From Rebecca billardiae RCC1528 (taxonomy: Eukaryota > Protista > Haptophyta), in assembly GCA_965240325.2 (NCBI GenBank), contig OZ251246.1, forward strand, positions 372,001 through 436,000: a DNA stretch of 64,000 nucleotides, given 5' to 3'. Below the pieces are notes generated by a model, which saw nothing but the letters and a program-made list of their open reading frames with translations, searched no databases and had not been told where the DNA came from. The translations under genes were made by a program, and so were the position numbers. Below are positions 1 through 9,041 of this stretch, piece after piece. The first letter of the stretch is position 1, and the number at the start of each line of letters is the position of its first letter.

Positions 1-128
1 GGCACCCCGGGCAAAGTAGTCAGCACTACGTAGCTACCTAGTCCTGGAACCGAGTGAAGTAGTGATGGCTACTTACGCAACTACTAGCTTAGTAAGTAAA
101 GTAGGTTTATGATACCTACCATGCCCTG
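1..128. mobile_element. Possible right end of a hAT-like DNA transposon (runs off the window)
   Basis: AT-richer stretch of repeated CTAC/GTAG motifs ending ...CCTACCATGCCCTG (reverse complement CAGGGCATGGTAGG, a hAT-like terminus). The partner TIR is not in the window. Confidence 0.2.
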
Positions 129-250
129 CAGAGCGGTAAGGGTGTGTATCGGCCAGGGTTAGATGCACCTGGGAAGAATCCGATCCGCATACAGTATCTC
201 GCCTGCCTTCAGACCCTTGCTTCAGAGCTGGTCGACGACGTCAGGTCACG

Positions 251-1552
251 ATGTCGGCGTGCGCCCTACTTGGCGTGATCGCGATGGTCGGTCCTCGTGA
301 GCCCCCAGCCGTGAGCGGCGGCATGAAGCGCGTGCTGGCGAGCACGCACCTGCGCATGCGCGAGGAGCTGGTCGCGCTGCGGACGCGTGGCCACAGCGCG
401 CGCCGCCGGCCGGCAGTCGGGCTGATCGTGAGCGGCCTCGCTCGCAACTGCAACCTCCCTGAGGCAGCGGCGAACCTGATGGAGGATTGTAATGCGGGCG
501 TGGCCAGCCTCGCCGTGCTGCTGCAGCACTACGAGCCCGGCCGCTTCCCCCTGGACGAGCGCTGGGTCGCGCCAAGCCGCCACAAAAACGAGAGCCTGCC
601 GTTTGCGTGGGGGGCGTGCGCGGCCACGCTGCTGCGCGCCGCCAACGAGTCGTCGTGCGAGCTGGTGCTCGGGCGGCAGTGGTTCGAGGCGGACGAGCGG
701 GCGCAGGCGCTATGTGACGGGCGCGCGCGTAACGTCGGGCGCGCGGTGATGCAGGCGCTTGCCGCCGGCCGCGCGTACGAGTGGCACGGCCACTTCCTCG
801 GACGGCCCAGTCCGGGCGCGCCGCCGCACGCGTATGTGCGCGGCCGCCTCGACGGGGTGCTGTGCGCGCCGCACACGCCGGCGGCGACGCTCGCCGCGCT
901 GCGCGGCGTGCTCGTCAGCTCGAGCGTGCAGGACGACGCGCTCACCGGCGCGCAGTTCATCGGCGACATTTACGGCATGATGAGCGCAGACGTGGCGCCC
1001 GCCTACTTTGGCGCGTGGCGCTCGTGGCTGCCGCTCAACTGCTCGAGCGTGTGCTACGCGGGGCAGGGCTCGAGCGCGGTGGACGTGATCAAGCCGGTGC
1101 TGTCGAGGTCGTGCACGGGCGAGATCCCACTCTCGCGCTACCTGATCGGCAGCGGCGTGCGCGCCAGCCACCGCGCCAAGTACCGCCAGCAGCCCGTCTT
1201 CTACTTCAGCAGGAGGCCTGGCGACGAGACCGCTGCGGGTGTGCCCAAGCTCGCGGCCGCGTACCGCGCCTTCCGCGCGCAGATGTGCGCGCCGTGCTGG
1301 CCGGAGTGCCAGCTGCCGGCGCTGCGGGGGGAGAGCGTGCCGCGCTACGCGTGTGGCCGCCGCCGCCGCGTCGACCGATGCGCCAAATACGAGAGCATGC
1401 GGCCCAAGCTGCGGTGCAGCAGCGCGTGGTCGTACCCCCCGGCGTACTGCATGATGCAGAACGCAGAGCGCACAGCTCTGCCGCCCGGCATGAACTGGAG
1501 CGCGCCCGGGCGCATGCCGCTGCTCCGGCCACCATCACCGCCCCATCGATGA
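251..1552 (+). CDS. Hypothetical protein, possibly secreted or membrane-anchored (433 aa)
   Basis: Intronless ORF with host-like GC3 codon bias, hydrophobic N-terminus (MSACALLGVIAMVG), Cys/Trp-rich, followed by an AT-rich 3' region. Confidence 0.6.
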   Translation: MSACALLGVIAMVGPREPPAVSGGMKRVLASTHLRMREELVALRTRGHSARRRPAVGLIVSGLARNCNLPEAAANLMEDCNAGVASLAVLLQHYEPGRFPLDERWVAPSRHKNESLPFAWGACAATLLRAANESSCELVLGRQWFEADERAQALCDGRARNVGRAVMQALAAGRAYEWHGHFLGRPSPGAPPHAYVRGRLDGVLCAPHTPAATLAALRGVLVSSSVQDDALTGAQFIGDIYGMMSADVAPAYFGAWRSWLPLNCSSVCYAGQGSSAVDVIKPVLSRSCTGEIPLSRYLIGSGVRASHRAKYRQQPVFYFSRRPGDETAAGVPKLAAAYRAFRAQMCAPCWPECQLPALRGESVPRYACGRRRRVDRCAKYESMRPKLRCSSAWSYPPAYCMMQNAERTALPPGMNWSAPGRMPLLRPPSPPHR

Positions 1553-2106
1553 ACGCGTCGCCGTTCTTGTCCCTGGTCAGCCTTTGGCAGCGCACGCAGC
1601 GCAGACGATCGAATCGAAGAAGCATTGATCAGAAGTTATTATTTGTATGTCGTATATATATATATATATATATTGAAAAAATAATGATGATGACGACGAC
1701 GAAGTCGATCTAAGATTCATCATCGAATCGCGATATATTCGAATTCATCTGGAAACCCAACTGCACAAAGCGGAGCGACTGCCGTCTGGGGACCCGCAGC
1801 CGCCTTCGCACGGCCCTTTATTGAGGTCTGATTGAGGATGATAATGATGATGATATGACTGATCTGATGAGGCCCGATGAGGGACATCAAGAAAATATCG
1901 TGCGTGGATACATATACGGGCCGCCCATGGCAATAAATAATGCCTACGACCCGCCGACATGCGAAAGTCGCTCGCTGATCGAAGAGATGATCGACCGCAT
2001 CATCAATACGCATCACATTCACTCGCTGCCGTGTGCGGTCTGTGCGCGCGGACTAGTGATGCAAATGACCCTGCTCATCACTGCTTATTATATATATATA
2101 TATGCA

Positions 2107-4011
2107 TTACCACGATAGTCGTGCGCTAGACGCCGCGATCCGGTAGAGCCGGGCGAACGCGTCGCACTCCACGGTCTCGTTGCGCGCGCATGGCTCGGTG
2201 CTGTACGTGAAGAGATGCGCGACGCGCTGCCCGTTGCGCTGCAGCCGGCGCCACCACGGCCCACCGGCAGCCCGCGCGAGCCGCGTCGCCCACGCCCCCG
2301 ACGTCGTGTCCTCGGCGCGCCGCGCGTCGAGCACGACTGCGAACTGCGTGTAGTCGAGCATCTCCGGCACGAGATTGGCCACCTCCGCGGCTGCGCGGCC
2401 GCCGTCGTCGGTCGTCAGGTCGGGGTCCGCGCGCCACGGCCACCACGTCGTGTGCGAGTACTGGGGGTGCCCGCCGTCCCAGATGACGGGCACGCAGCCG
2501 CTGAGCAGCGCGAGCGAGAGGTGCGAGCGCGTGGGCGTGTCCCCGGGCGGCTCAGCGCAGAAGGCGGAGCGCAGGCTCACGTTCCACGGGTCGGACCAGC
2601 CGCCACCACCGCACTGCGAGCGCGCGCCGGAGCGCGCGCACACGTGGCACCGCTTGGAGTCGCACGTGCCGCCAGCGGCGCTCACGCCCGCGCGCAGGTC
2701 GTCGCGGAGCCGGTTGTTGCCCACGACGCTATTCGCGCCGCGCGACGGGTTGGCGTCGAGCGAGATTGCAATCTCCCGCGCCGGCGCACCGAACGCGCCT
2801 GACGGCTCGTCCCAGCGAGCGCCCGCGGTCAAGCCGACGGTGTACGGGATCGCGACGAGGAGCGGGCCGCCTCCCACGGCCGGCACCGCGCTGCCACCCG
2901 CGGCAACTGCGCCCGGGGGCAAGGCAGCAGCAGCGAGCGGCGAGCTGCTGCTGCGGTTGCCGCTGCTGCTGACTGCGGCGCGCGCGCGCGCAGCGGCAGC
3001 GGCAGCATGTCTGCGCCTCCGAGCGAGCTCTAGCGGAGGTCCCTCGTCCCAGCCCGCGCGGCGCCACGCCGCCGGCAGCGCGTGGAACGTCCTCGAGCGC
3101 GAGGCCAGGTCCATGATGCCTCGGCTGGGCAGCGTGCTGTACAGCGACGTGGGCAGGTTCACCTCGATCGAGGCGATCATGACCCGCTCGACGAAGCCGG
3201 GCGGCTGCGTGCTAAGGCTACCTATCAGATGGGAGACACAGGGATGCAACGGCTGATACTCGCTGTGTACGAGCACGAGCGGCGGGCGCGGCCGCCCGTC
3301 GTACACCCGGCGGCGCACCTCGCTCCAGTACTCGTCCCGCATCGGCGTGACCACGCACGTCGTGGAGGCCAGCGGGTGGTAGTGCGGGACCATCGTCTGA
3401 TCGCGCATGTAGCACAAAGCGAAGATGGAAGGGACGACGACGAGGTCTGGCGCGTCGCACGCGCGGACGAGCGCCGGGTCGGCCCGCCCGCCGCTGGCTC
3501 GGTGCGCGGCGCACGCGGAGGACGTCGCGCCGCCAGCCGCGTGCGCGAGCCGCCACCAGCGCGCGAGGGCGACGCGCTCCGCTGCGTTCTCGTCGAAGAG
3601 AGCGACGCCCCTCGCGAGCTTTGCCGAGGGCAGCCGATAGGCGTTCGCGACGTGTTTGAGGTTGCCCGGGAGGCGCAGGCAGTACGCGCGGGGGGCGACG
3701 CTCGCCTCGACGAAGCCGTCGTCGCCAGCGCACAGCCGCTCGGCGCCGTACACCGCCGATCCCATCTCCGGGATGCTGTTTGCGAGCCGTTCGCCGCCGC
3801 CGCGATCCGCGCCGGCAGCCTTTGCCGTCGCAGCCTTTTTATTCATCTTCTTGCTGCCGAGGCCGGCGAGGATCGACGGGGGTGCGCAGCCGGGCATGTC
3901 GTCGATGATGTGGACGATGGGCCCGTGCTCGCGCGCCCTCGCCATGTGCACCGACACCGCGAGAAACGCCGCCATCGCGACGCATGCCCGCCCACAGTCC
4001 ACGACCGGCAT
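2107..4011 (-). CDS. Exostosin-family (GT47) glycosyltransferase, paralogue A
   Basis: C-terminal exostosin motif SAFCAEPPGDTPTRSHLSLALLSGCVPV. Signal-anchor-like N-terminus MPVVDCGRACVAMAAFLAVSV; start chosen by alignment to paralogue B (PIVHIIDDMPGC vs PVVRVVDDLPTC). Confidence 0.75.
   Translation of the reverse strand: MPVVDCGRACVAMAAFLAVSVHMARAREHGPIVHIIDDMPGCAPPSILAGLGSKKMNKKAATAKAAGADRGGGERLANSIPEMGSAVYGAERLCAGDDGFVEASVAPRAYCLRLPGNLKHVANAYRLPSAKLARGVALFDENAAERVALARWWRLAHAAGGATSSACAAHRASGGRADPALVRACDAPDLVVVPSIFALCYMRDQTMVPHYHPLASTTCVVTPMRDEYWSEVRRRVYDGRPRPPLVLVHSEYQPLHPCVSHLIGSLSTQPPGFVERVMIASIEVNLPTSLYSTLPSRGIMDLASRSRTFHALPAAWRRAGWDEGPPLELARRRRHAAAAAARARAAVSSSGNRSSSSPLAAAALPPGAVAAGGSAVPAVGGGPLLVAIPYTVGLTAGARWDEPSGAFGAPAREIAISLDANPSRGANSVVGNNRLRDDLRAGVSAAGGTCDSKRCHVCARSGARSQCGGGGWSDPWNVSLRSAFCAEPPGDTPTRSHLSLALLSGCVPVIWDGGHPQYSHTTWWPWRADPDLTTDDGGRAAAEVANLVPEMLDYTQFAVVLDARRAEDTTSGAWATRLARAAGGPWWRRLQRNGQRVAHLFTYSTEPCARNETVECDAFARLYRIAASSARLSW
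2129..2598. repeat. 470-bp near-identical inverted repeat arm (partner 5729-6198)
   Basis: The reverse complement matches 5729-6198 with only a handful of substitutions; covers the 3' ends of both GT47 genes. Confidence 0.9.
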
Positions 4012-4084
4012 CGAACCGCTTCGAGCCCCAGCCGCGCCGGAGCCCAGCTCGGAGTGCCAGGCACACAAATACCGCGCCGTGATC

Positions 4085-6286
4085 ATGGCGGCCGCGGGCT
4101 CGGCGTTGGCGGCCATCGCGCTCCTCGCGCTGGGCCCAGCCGAGCCCGTGGTCCGCGTCGTCGACGACCTGCCGACATGCCCGTACAAGACTGATGGGCT
4201 CTCTGCGCTCCTCCGCTCGTCGGCGCCGACGAGCCTCAGTGTCGCGAACATCACGATGGAGTCGGTGTATTCGCCGCGCACGCTGTGCGCGGGCGACCCG
4301 GGCTTTCTGTCCGCGCGCGTGGCGCCTCGCGAGTACTGCCTGCGCCTGCCGGCGCACGCGGCGGGCATGTCGAACGCGTACCGTCAGAAGGAGGACCCGA
4401 GCTTATTGCGCGCTGACGGCCCCGTGATGTACGACGAGAACGCCGCCGAGAGGGTCGCGCTCGCGCGGTGGCAGCGCCTTGCGGCCGCGACGCGCGCGCG
4501 CGGGCAGCAGTGCGGCACGCCGCCGTGCGACGCCGACATCGTCGTCGTGCCGTCGCTGTACGGCCTCTGCTTCCTGCGCGACCCGACCCCGCTCGGCGTC
4601 GTGCCGCGCGCGGCCGCCACGTGCATGCTGTCCTCGCTCCGCGCTTCTTACTGGGATGAGATTCGCCGCCGCGTGTTTGAGGGGCGCGCGCGCCCGCCCG
4701 CGGTCATCGTCGTCCATGCTGATTGGCCATTCGTGCACCCGTGCATCGGCCACCTGGTGAGCTCGCTCGCCTCTCAGCCCGCGGGCTTCGTCTCGCGCGT
4801 GCTCATCGCCGGTATCGAGGCCAACCTGCCCCGGAAGGCTCTGCCAGTGCCGAGCCCGCAGGCAAGTCCAGGCGGCAGCAGCGCTGGCGGGAGCGCTCAG
4901 CCAGCGGCGCGGCGCAGGGCGCGCCGGCGCAGGCTGGCACAGCACGGCGCCTCGTCTGCGGCGGTCGTGGCGGCATCGGTGGCTGCGGCCCCGAACACGC
5001 GGGGCCGTCGGCTGAGGTGGAAGCGTGCGGGTGGGCACAGCAACCAGTCGTCGTGGAGGCGGCCACCGTTCTCTGCTGCCCCCGGCTGGCCTACTAGCGT
5101 TACAAAGGCCCTGCCGTGGGCAGGCGGCCGCGCACCGAGCGGCGCGGGGGACGGCTCCGTGATGGGCGCTGGTGGCGGCCCGGAGCGCGAGCCCTCGGCT
5201 GCGAGTAGCGGCATCAGCGCGGCGCTCCCGCTGCACACACGCCTGCCGTCTGCGTGGGCGCGCGCCGGATGGGAAGAGGGCACAGCACGGGAGCTGGCCC
5301 GGCGCCGCCGCATGGTGATCCCAGGGTTCCTGGCAGCGCTCACCGGCACGCCTCAGTCCAACAGCAGCGAGCCCGCGCCGGTGGGCGACGCGGAGGCCGG
5401 CGAGCCGCCGCCGGCCGGCCCGCTGCTTGTCAGCATCCCCTACACCTGCGCCCTCACCGCCGGCGCGCGCTGGGACGCGCCCTCCAAGTCCGGGACTTTC
5501 AGGGTCCGGCCGAGGCCGTTCGCGCTGTCGATGAGCGCCGACCCCTCCAAGGGGAAGCAGTTCATGGGCGTCAATCGGCTGCGCGACGGGCTTCGCGACG
5601 GCATGCGCGCGGCGGGCGGCACGTGTGGCGCCAAGCTGTGCACCGTGCACACGCCAGCGGCCGCGCTTGCGCGACGCGCGGGCGGCGCGCGCGCGCTCAG
5701 AGACGGCGGGACCGCTAAGTCGGGGCGCTGGTCCGACCCGTGGAACGTGAGTGTGCGCTCCGCGTTCTGCGCCGAGCCGCCCGGGGACACGCCCACGCGC
5801 TCGCACCTCTCGCTCGCGCTGCTCAGCGGCTGCGTGCCCGTCATCTGGGACGGCGGGCACCCCCAGTACTCGCACACGACGTGGTGGCCGTGGCGCGCGG
5901 ACCCCGACCTGACGACCGACGACGGCGGCCGCGCAGCCGCGGAGGTGGCCAATCTGGTGCCGGAGATGCTCGACTACACGCAGTTCGCAGTCGTGCTCGA
6001 CGCGCGGCGCGCCGAGGACACGACGTCGGGGGCGTGGGCGACGCGGCTCGCGCGGGCTGCCGGTGGGCCGTGGTGGCGCCGGCTGCAGCGCAACGGGCAG
6101 CGCGTCGCGCATCTCTTCACGTACAGCACCGAGCCGTGCGCGCGCAACGAGACCGTGGAGTGCGACGCGTTCGCCCGGCTCTACCGGATCGCGGCGTCAT
6201 TCGTCCTCAAATCGTCGCGTCATCGGCACAGCAGCACGTCTAAGCACGGTGGCGCAATACGGCACTCTGGTATCGCCGCCTCGTGA
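4085..6286 (+). CDS. Exostosin-family (GT47) glycosyltransferase, paralogue B
   Basis: Same exostosin motif. Signal peptide/anchor MAAAGSALAAIALLALG. Shares blocks with paralogue A (APREYCLRLP, DENAAERVALARW, GPLLVSIPYT). Confidence 0.75.
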   Translation: MAAAGSALAAIALLALGPAEPVVRVVDDLPTCPYKTDGLSALLRSSAPTSLSVANITMESVYSPRTLCAGDPGFLSARVAPREYCLRLPAHAAGMSNAYRQKEDPSLLRADGPVMYDENAAERVALARWQRLAAATRARGQQCGTPPCDADIVVVPSLYGLCFLRDPTPLGVVPRAAATCMLSSLRASYWDEIRRRVFEGRARPPAVIVVHADWPFVHPCIGHLVSSLASQPAGFVSRVLIAGIEANLPRKALPVPSPQASPGGSSAGGSAQPAARRRARRRRLAQHGASSAAVVAASVAAAPNTRGRRLRWKRAGGHSNQSSWRRPPFSAAPGWPTSVTKALPWAGGRAPSGAGDGSVMGAGGGPEREPSAASSGISAALPLHTRLPSAWARAGWEEGTARELARRRRMVIPGFLAALTGTPQSNSSEPAPVGDAEAGEPPPAGPLLVSIPYTCALTAGARWDAPSKSGTFRVRPRPFALSMSADPSKGKQFMGVNRLRDGLRDGMRAAGGTCGAKLCTVHTPAAALARRAGGARALRDGGTAKSGRWSDPWNVSVRSAFCAEPPGDTPTRSHLSLALLSGCVPVIWDGGHPQYSHTTWWPWRADPDLTTDDGGRAAAEVANLVPEMLDYTQFAVVLDARRAEDTTSGAWATRLARAAGGPWWRRLQRNGQRVAHLFTYSTEPCARNETVECDAFARLYRIAASFVLKSSRHRHSSTSKHGGAIRHSGIAAS
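5729..6198. repeat. 470-bp near-identical inverted repeat arm (partner 2129-2598)
   Basis: Reverse complement of 2129-2598 with only a handful of substitutions. Confidence 0.9.
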
Positions 6287-6734
6287 CGCGACCGCCGCCG
6301 TCCGTCACGACTACCGCGCAGCCCACATTGTCATGGATCCGTGATCGTCAGTCAGCCACACTCACGGTCTGTGGGGTCCTACGACGGAACATCATACCGC
6401 GCGTCTGCACCGTCGCATGGCATGCGCTAGAGCACTCAGTAGAGCAGCATGGAAGGTGTTCTCTTCCAACGGTCGGTCGGGAGCCGATGTTGGAGTGGAC
6501 CCCCAAATTGTGAGATTCAGAGGAGATTGCAATCCTATCCTTGAAATAATGGGCTAAAGCAAACTGTACAGTTTATTATGTTTTAACGTGCACACTTGGT
6601 TAAAGCGTGATATCAATATGATCATGGATTTTAAAGCGTGGACTACCCATGTTTTTTCGTCAATCGTTCATCGCTCGTCATCGGTGCACGCTCCCCGTGC
6701 CCATCGCGCACGACCGGCGAGCGAGCGCGGCGCG

Positions 6735-8522
6735 ATGAAGCGGCCGGCGCGCACGCTCGTCGCGCTGCGCGCGGCGATCGACGCCGCGCGCCTCGACTTC
6801 GCCGCGCGCGCCCTCGTCGACGACGACGTGTCCGACGCGCTCGAGCTCGTGCGCGAGCTCTCAGCGCTGCTGACTGCCGCGGCCGAGCTCAGCCCGCAGC
6901 CGCCGCCGCGCCACGGCGGCTCTGGCGGCGCGGTGCGCGAGCGGCCGGTGCAGCTGGCTAGCATGCCCGCCGACATCGTCGAGCGCGTCCTCTCGCATCT
7001 CGAGCGCTGGGAGGACATCGCGGCGGCGAACGCGGCCGCGCGCCTCTTCCGTGGCGCGCCTCGGCCACGCTCGGCGGTCGAGCGCGTGCTGCGCGCGCGC
7101 GTCGCGGCGCGCGGCCACGAGCCGGCGCTGCCGGCGGCGCTGCCCGTGCCGATGAGTACCTGGACCGAGCTCCTCTTCGAGCGCGAGCGCGTGCTCAGCG
7201 GCGCGCGCCGGCACGCGCTCGTCGCGTCAGCGGGCGGTCTGCCGTGCCTCACGAGCGCTTTCGTCGGCGGTAACGGCTCTCTCCTCACGTGCGGCGAGGC
7301 GCGCGTGCAGCCGGCGGGCGGCGCGGCGCGGGAGGAGGCGCATCCAGCGCTCGGCCACGGCGACGCGCCGCCGCTCCCCGACCCCGACGCCGACGCAGAC
7401 GCGCCGCCCGTGCCGCCGCACGTGCCGCCTGTGTGTCGGCCAAAGGTCGTGAGCTCCTTGAGCGCGGTGCGCATCGTCGCGGTCGCGACGGGCGGACGGC
7501 ACCTGCTCGCGCTGAGCGACGCGGGCGGCGTGTACGCGTGCGGCTCGAACGATACCGGCCAGCTCGGCCTCGGCGACGCCGAGCTCGTCCGCGCGCCCGC
7601 GCGCGTGCTCGGCGCCCTCGGCACCGAGCTCGTGGTCGGAGTGGCCGCGCGCGCAGAGCACTCGCTTGCGCTGACGGCGGCGGGCACGGTGTACAGCTGG
7701 GGATACGGCGCGGGCGGGCGGCTGGGGCACGGCTCGGAGGAGGCGCAGCGCGTGCCCAAGCGCATCGAGGCCCTCGCCGCCTCCGCGCGCGTCGCCGCCG
7801 TCGCGGCGGGCGAGGAGCACTCCGCGGCGATCTCGACCGCCGGCGCGCTGTTCTGCTGGGGCTACGGCCGCGATGGTCGGCTCGGCCTCGGCTCGTCCGA
7901 GGCGGACGCGCGCACGCCGAGGCGCGTGCGCGCGCTGGGGGGCGTGCGCGCGGTGCACGTGAGCGCGGGCTGGGCGCACACCCTCGTCGTCGACGACGCC
8001 GGCCGCGTGCACGCCTTCGGCTCGGACGCATCCGGCGCGTTTGGGACCGCTGGGGACGACGAAGTTGCGGCCGCGCTGCCCGCGGGCGCGCCGCGCGTCG
8101 TCGCGCCCGCGCTCGCAGCCGCCGCGCGCGTCGCGGCGGGCGCGTCGACGAGCTTCGTCGTCGACGCGGCTGGCGGGCTGCACGCGTGCGGCGCGCCCGA
8201 GCACGGCCTTCTCGGCGGCGCCACCGCCACGGCGCACGCGCACGCGCACGCGCGCGTCGGCGGCGCGCTGGCTGGCGTGCGCGTGCGCGCTGTCAGCGTC
8301 GGCTGGGCACACGGCCTCGCGGTCGGCGAGGACGGCGCCGCGTACGCGTGGGGCGAGCCGTCGGCGGCGCTGGGGCTCGGCCTCTCCCGTGCCGACGCGG
8401 CTGGCGGCCCCGTGCTGCCCCGCCGCGTCGAGGGCCTGCCGCCGCTCCGCGACGACGAGCCATGCGGCACGCGCGGCCGCCACGATCCTCACGATGACGA
8501 TATCGGCGCGATGGCCGAGTGA
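6735..8522 (+). CDS. RCC1-repeat (beta-propeller, UVR8/HERC-like) protein with N-terminal F-box-like motif
   Basis: Repeats VATGGRHLLAL..G.VYACGSNDTGQLGLG, VYSWGYGAGGRLGHG, LFCWGYGRDGRLGLG, VSAGWAHTL. F-box-like LASMPADIVERVLSHL. Confidence 0.8.
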   Translation: MKRPARTLVALRAAIDAARLDFAARALVDDDVSDALELVRELSALLTAAAELSPQPPPRHGGSGGAVRERPVQLASMPADIVERVLSHLERWEDIAAANAAARLFRGAPRPRSAVERVLRARVAARGHEPALPAALPVPMSTWTELLFERERVLSGARRHALVASAGGLPCLTSAFVGGNGSLLTCGEARVQPAGGAAREEAHPALGHGDAPPLPDPDADADAPPVPPHVPPVCRPKVVSSLSAVRIVAVATGGRHLLALSDAGGVYACGSNDTGQLGLGDAELVRAPARVLGALGTELVVGVAARAEHSLALTAAGTVYSWGYGAGGRLGHGSEEAQRVPKRIEALAASARVAAVAAGEEHSAAISTAGALFCWGYGRDGRLGLGSSEADARTPRRVRALGGVRAVHVSAGWAHTLVVDDAGRVHAFGSDASGAFGTAGDDEVAAALPAGAPRVVAPALAAAARVAAGASTSFVVDAAGGLHACGAPEHGLLGGATATAHAHAHARVGGALAGVRVRAVSVGWAHGLAVGEDGAAYAWGEPSAALGLGLSRADAAGGPVLPRRVEGLPPLRDDEPCGTRGRHDPHDDDIGAMAE

Positions 8523-8785
8523 TGCGCCCATCTGAGGAGTGCTCGGTGACTCGATGTGACGCGCGCGTCAGGCCGAGCCGACGAGCACAGCGCATCATTA
8601 TTGGGGGTGACTGGCCTGCGGGTGCACCGCCGGGCACCGCCGGGCCCGATCGCGCCATCGGGCCGTCATGCAGCCAACGTGAACCGTTGCTGCGCGTGCG
8701 TCGGTGTGGACTGCGTGAATGAATCGTAGGTAATGAATATGGCACCACCCGTCCCAGAAAGCCCCTGAGCCCGTCTTCTGCTCAG

Positions 8786-8826
8786 CGGGCTCAAAACCGA
8801 TGCCGACGGCATCGGTTTTGAGCCCG
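8786..8826. repeat. Perfect palindrome with 20-bp arms and a 1-nt spacer
   Basis: CGGGCTCAAAACCGATGCCG-A-CGGCATCGGTTTTGAGCCCG. Confidence 0.9.
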
Positions 8827-9041
8827 TCAGTGCAGCAGTGACTATGTTAAATAATGAAATAATGGCAACGACTATGGCTGCTGGGTATTTTTCAATATAC
8901 CAGGGCGGAGCCTTGATGTAGGGGGCTGGGACGGGTGGCAGAATGTGATGCGGTGTCGGTGATGCCCGCGGGAATCGGCCTAGCTACAGGCGCTACTGAC
9001 AGTCTGCTGTGACTCAGTAGTCAGTACAGACGGCACCGCGG

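Noticed and set aside
3656-4368. Long mutually overlapping N-termini of the two GT47 ORFs
   Set aside because: Signal-anchor positions and paralogue alignment place the starts at 4011 and 4085; the extensions are antisense read-through.
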